From Vermamoeba vermiformis (lineage: Eukaryota): DNA of 64,000 nucleotides. Made by a program: the position numbers and the translations under genes. This document shows, piece after piece, positions 62,238 to 64,000 of the stretch (position 1 is its first letter; each line of letters starts with the position of its first letter). The DNA is taken from contig JBEWZL010000126.1 in NCBI GenBank assembly GCA_045837725.1, positions 62,001-126,000 on the forward strand, written 5' to 3'. Below the pieces are notes generated by a model, which made no database searches, was not told where the DNA came from, and saw only the letters and a list, made by a program, of their open reading frames with translations.

Positions 62238-63105
62238 CTAATTGTCAATTTTAGTGTAGTGAGGTACGACTCTAAAGACGAAATAAGAATTTAGCTATCG
62301 ATCTAATCGATTGGTTTAGCGTTTCCTGCTTACCGCTTGATACGTGGGTTGATAAGACTTCGTCCTGCCTTCCGTTTAACTCCTTTAGGCTGATTCGCGG
62401 CTCTGTTGTTATCTACAGTCAACGTGTCGACCATCGCAGAGGGCTGTGATTGCATCGAGAATGTTGCAACAGGCAAGCTGGATTTGACCTCAGTCTTGAA
62501 ACCTGTAACGATCTTAGCTTCGTCCGTATATTCATAGCTGCACTTACCGTTATTTCTCGCAGAGCCGCCAGCACGCACTTGATCAACCAACGAGAAGACG
62601 AGTTGAACAAACGCGGAGTCATTATCAGGAGCGCGTCTAAGAACGGTGAGGTAAGCAATTTTGAAGAGCAATCCGACAGAATTCACTTACGCCAACTCGA
62701 AAGTAACCGAGGTCTGTTGTTTATCATCAAAAGAGCACCAAATAGTCATCGTAAGCTGATCTTCATCCATTGAAATGAACAAATCATCGTTTCCAAGCGC
62801 TTCTTTAATTTTCTCGAAAAATATTTGCCAAGAGAGGCTCTCCATATCGAGGGCGCGTTTCTGCACCAACAATTAGCAAATCTACGAATTTCAATGATTT
62901 CCTTAAAATAAATTCAAACTACCTGCTTATCCAATGCATCTAGCGAATAACTTGACGCCCATAGCTCTTTGTCGTCCAAGCAAGCACAGCTGACCTTCAG
63001 CTTGGCTTTTCTTGCCTCGAGCTTACAGATGTAGTTCTTACCCAGCGAGGTGACCTTAGCGTAGGTGCTGTCTACAATTATCAAATAATCCTCTGCTTTT
63101 GACAT
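62238..63105 (-). CDS. PAXX-like (XRCC4 superfamily) NHEJ factor
   Basis: N-terminal head-like region (ELWASSYSLDALDKQ|KRALDMES..FFEKIKEAL) and C-terminal KRKAGRSLINPRIKR, resembling the PAXX Ku-binding GxSLINP motif. Confidence 0.65.
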
Positions 63106-63389
63106 CTACAGCTGTTATTTCATTTGAATATTGAAGGACGATTCAAATTGTGTAACGGATAGATTTGAGATTTCGCGGGCCAACAGTCACATGCCCAGTC
63201 CCGTGCAAAGTAAGGCGAATCAGCTGATGCTAGAGCACGACGTATTAACGAAATCTAATGAAGGTCCGCGGACCTCATAATTGGAATTGGTCCACCCAGG
63301 CAAACTCTTTGAAATCTGCGTTGTGTTTCTATTTTTGTCGAAGATTTTGGTTCAAAGCATTTAGTTTTATCAATTCGCACATTAACAAC

Positions 63390-63964
63390 ATGAGCGGACG
63401 TAAGATTACTCTCGCCGAAGTGGCCCAACACAACAAAGCCGATGACTTGTGGATTGTCGTCGCAGGCAAGGTGTATGATGTGACAAAGTTCTTGTCCGAA
63501 CATCCCGGTAAGTTCGTACTACGATAACGTATTTATAAATGATATATTCACCACAATTTAAACATTTTGGCACGTAATTTCGAAAGTGCAACGTTTCTTC
63601 AAAGAGTTTTTTTGGATTCAAATTACGTATTTAAAAATAATTTCAAGAATGAAGCCTTGTAGAATTAGTTATGAATTTACTACGATGATTTTTCGTAATA
63701 TTTCCAATGGAATCATTTATTTAAATGGATTTGTCTCCACAGGTGGCAAGAAGGTCCTCGTTAATGTCGCTGGCAAAGACGCTACCAATCAATTTAATCA
63801 ATTCCACAAAGCCGATGTATTAGACAAATACGCGCCCAAGCTTTACATTGGAGACGTCACCGAAGGAGATGCGCGTCACTCCAACTTGGATAACAAGAAA
63901 TCTGTTCGTACTAACCCCGAAGGAATGACAGTCGCTCCTATGCAATTTGCTGCTGCTTTAGGAG
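63390..63964 (+). CDS. Cytochrome b5-like heme-binding domain protein (5' part; probably continues past the window)
   Basis: [56 protein letters not shown]; a GTAAGC donor at ~63964 suggests further exons. Confidence 0.9.
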
Positions 63965-64000
63965 GTAAGCTCAACAAATAGTCGACAATTATGCCTTAAA

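Noticed and set aside
1-64000. Prokaryotic operon or CRISPR interpretation; many short antisense ORFs in the ORF track
   Set aside because: Genes are split by spliceosomal introns, no repeat-spacer array, rRNA or tRNA was seen, and the short ORFs are shadows of real exons.

Overview
Eukaryotic, intron-rich genomic DNA. Introns are mostly ~45-65 nt GT-AG with CTAAY-type branch sites, typical of a protist; the taxon cannot be fixed from the sequence. Housekeeping-type genes lie near the ends: a sedolisin peptidase and a secreted protein on the left; an MTA/SAH-type deaminase, thioredoxin, a PAXX-like protein and a cytochrome b5 domain gene on the right. Between them (~11.8-59 kb) is a duplicated accessory block. 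It holds two P-loop GTPase genes that share a duplicated upstream module, one of them a Bro-N + dynamin-like GTPase + glycosyltransferase-like + OTU fusion. It also holds a GMC oxidoreductase, a CpG-depleted NTPase remnant, two ankyrin/F-box/ParB-like paralogs and two tandem ~3,000-aa DUF3638/DUF3645 paralogs, both with lesions. The main finding is a 7.9-kb piggyBac-family transposon (47681-55585, ATAT target duplication) inserted in intron 2 of the second DUF3638 gene. By manual splicing it encodes an AlkB-family dioxygenase fused to a divergent SRA/YDG domain, and a USP deubiquitinase + chromodomain-like + DDD transposase fusion, i.e. a candidate transposon-borne chromatin and DNA-modification toolkit. 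A ~1,900-aa adenosine deaminase + lipase-like + TPR-like protein sits at the start. All domain calls come from motif reading and manual splicing, not from database searches.
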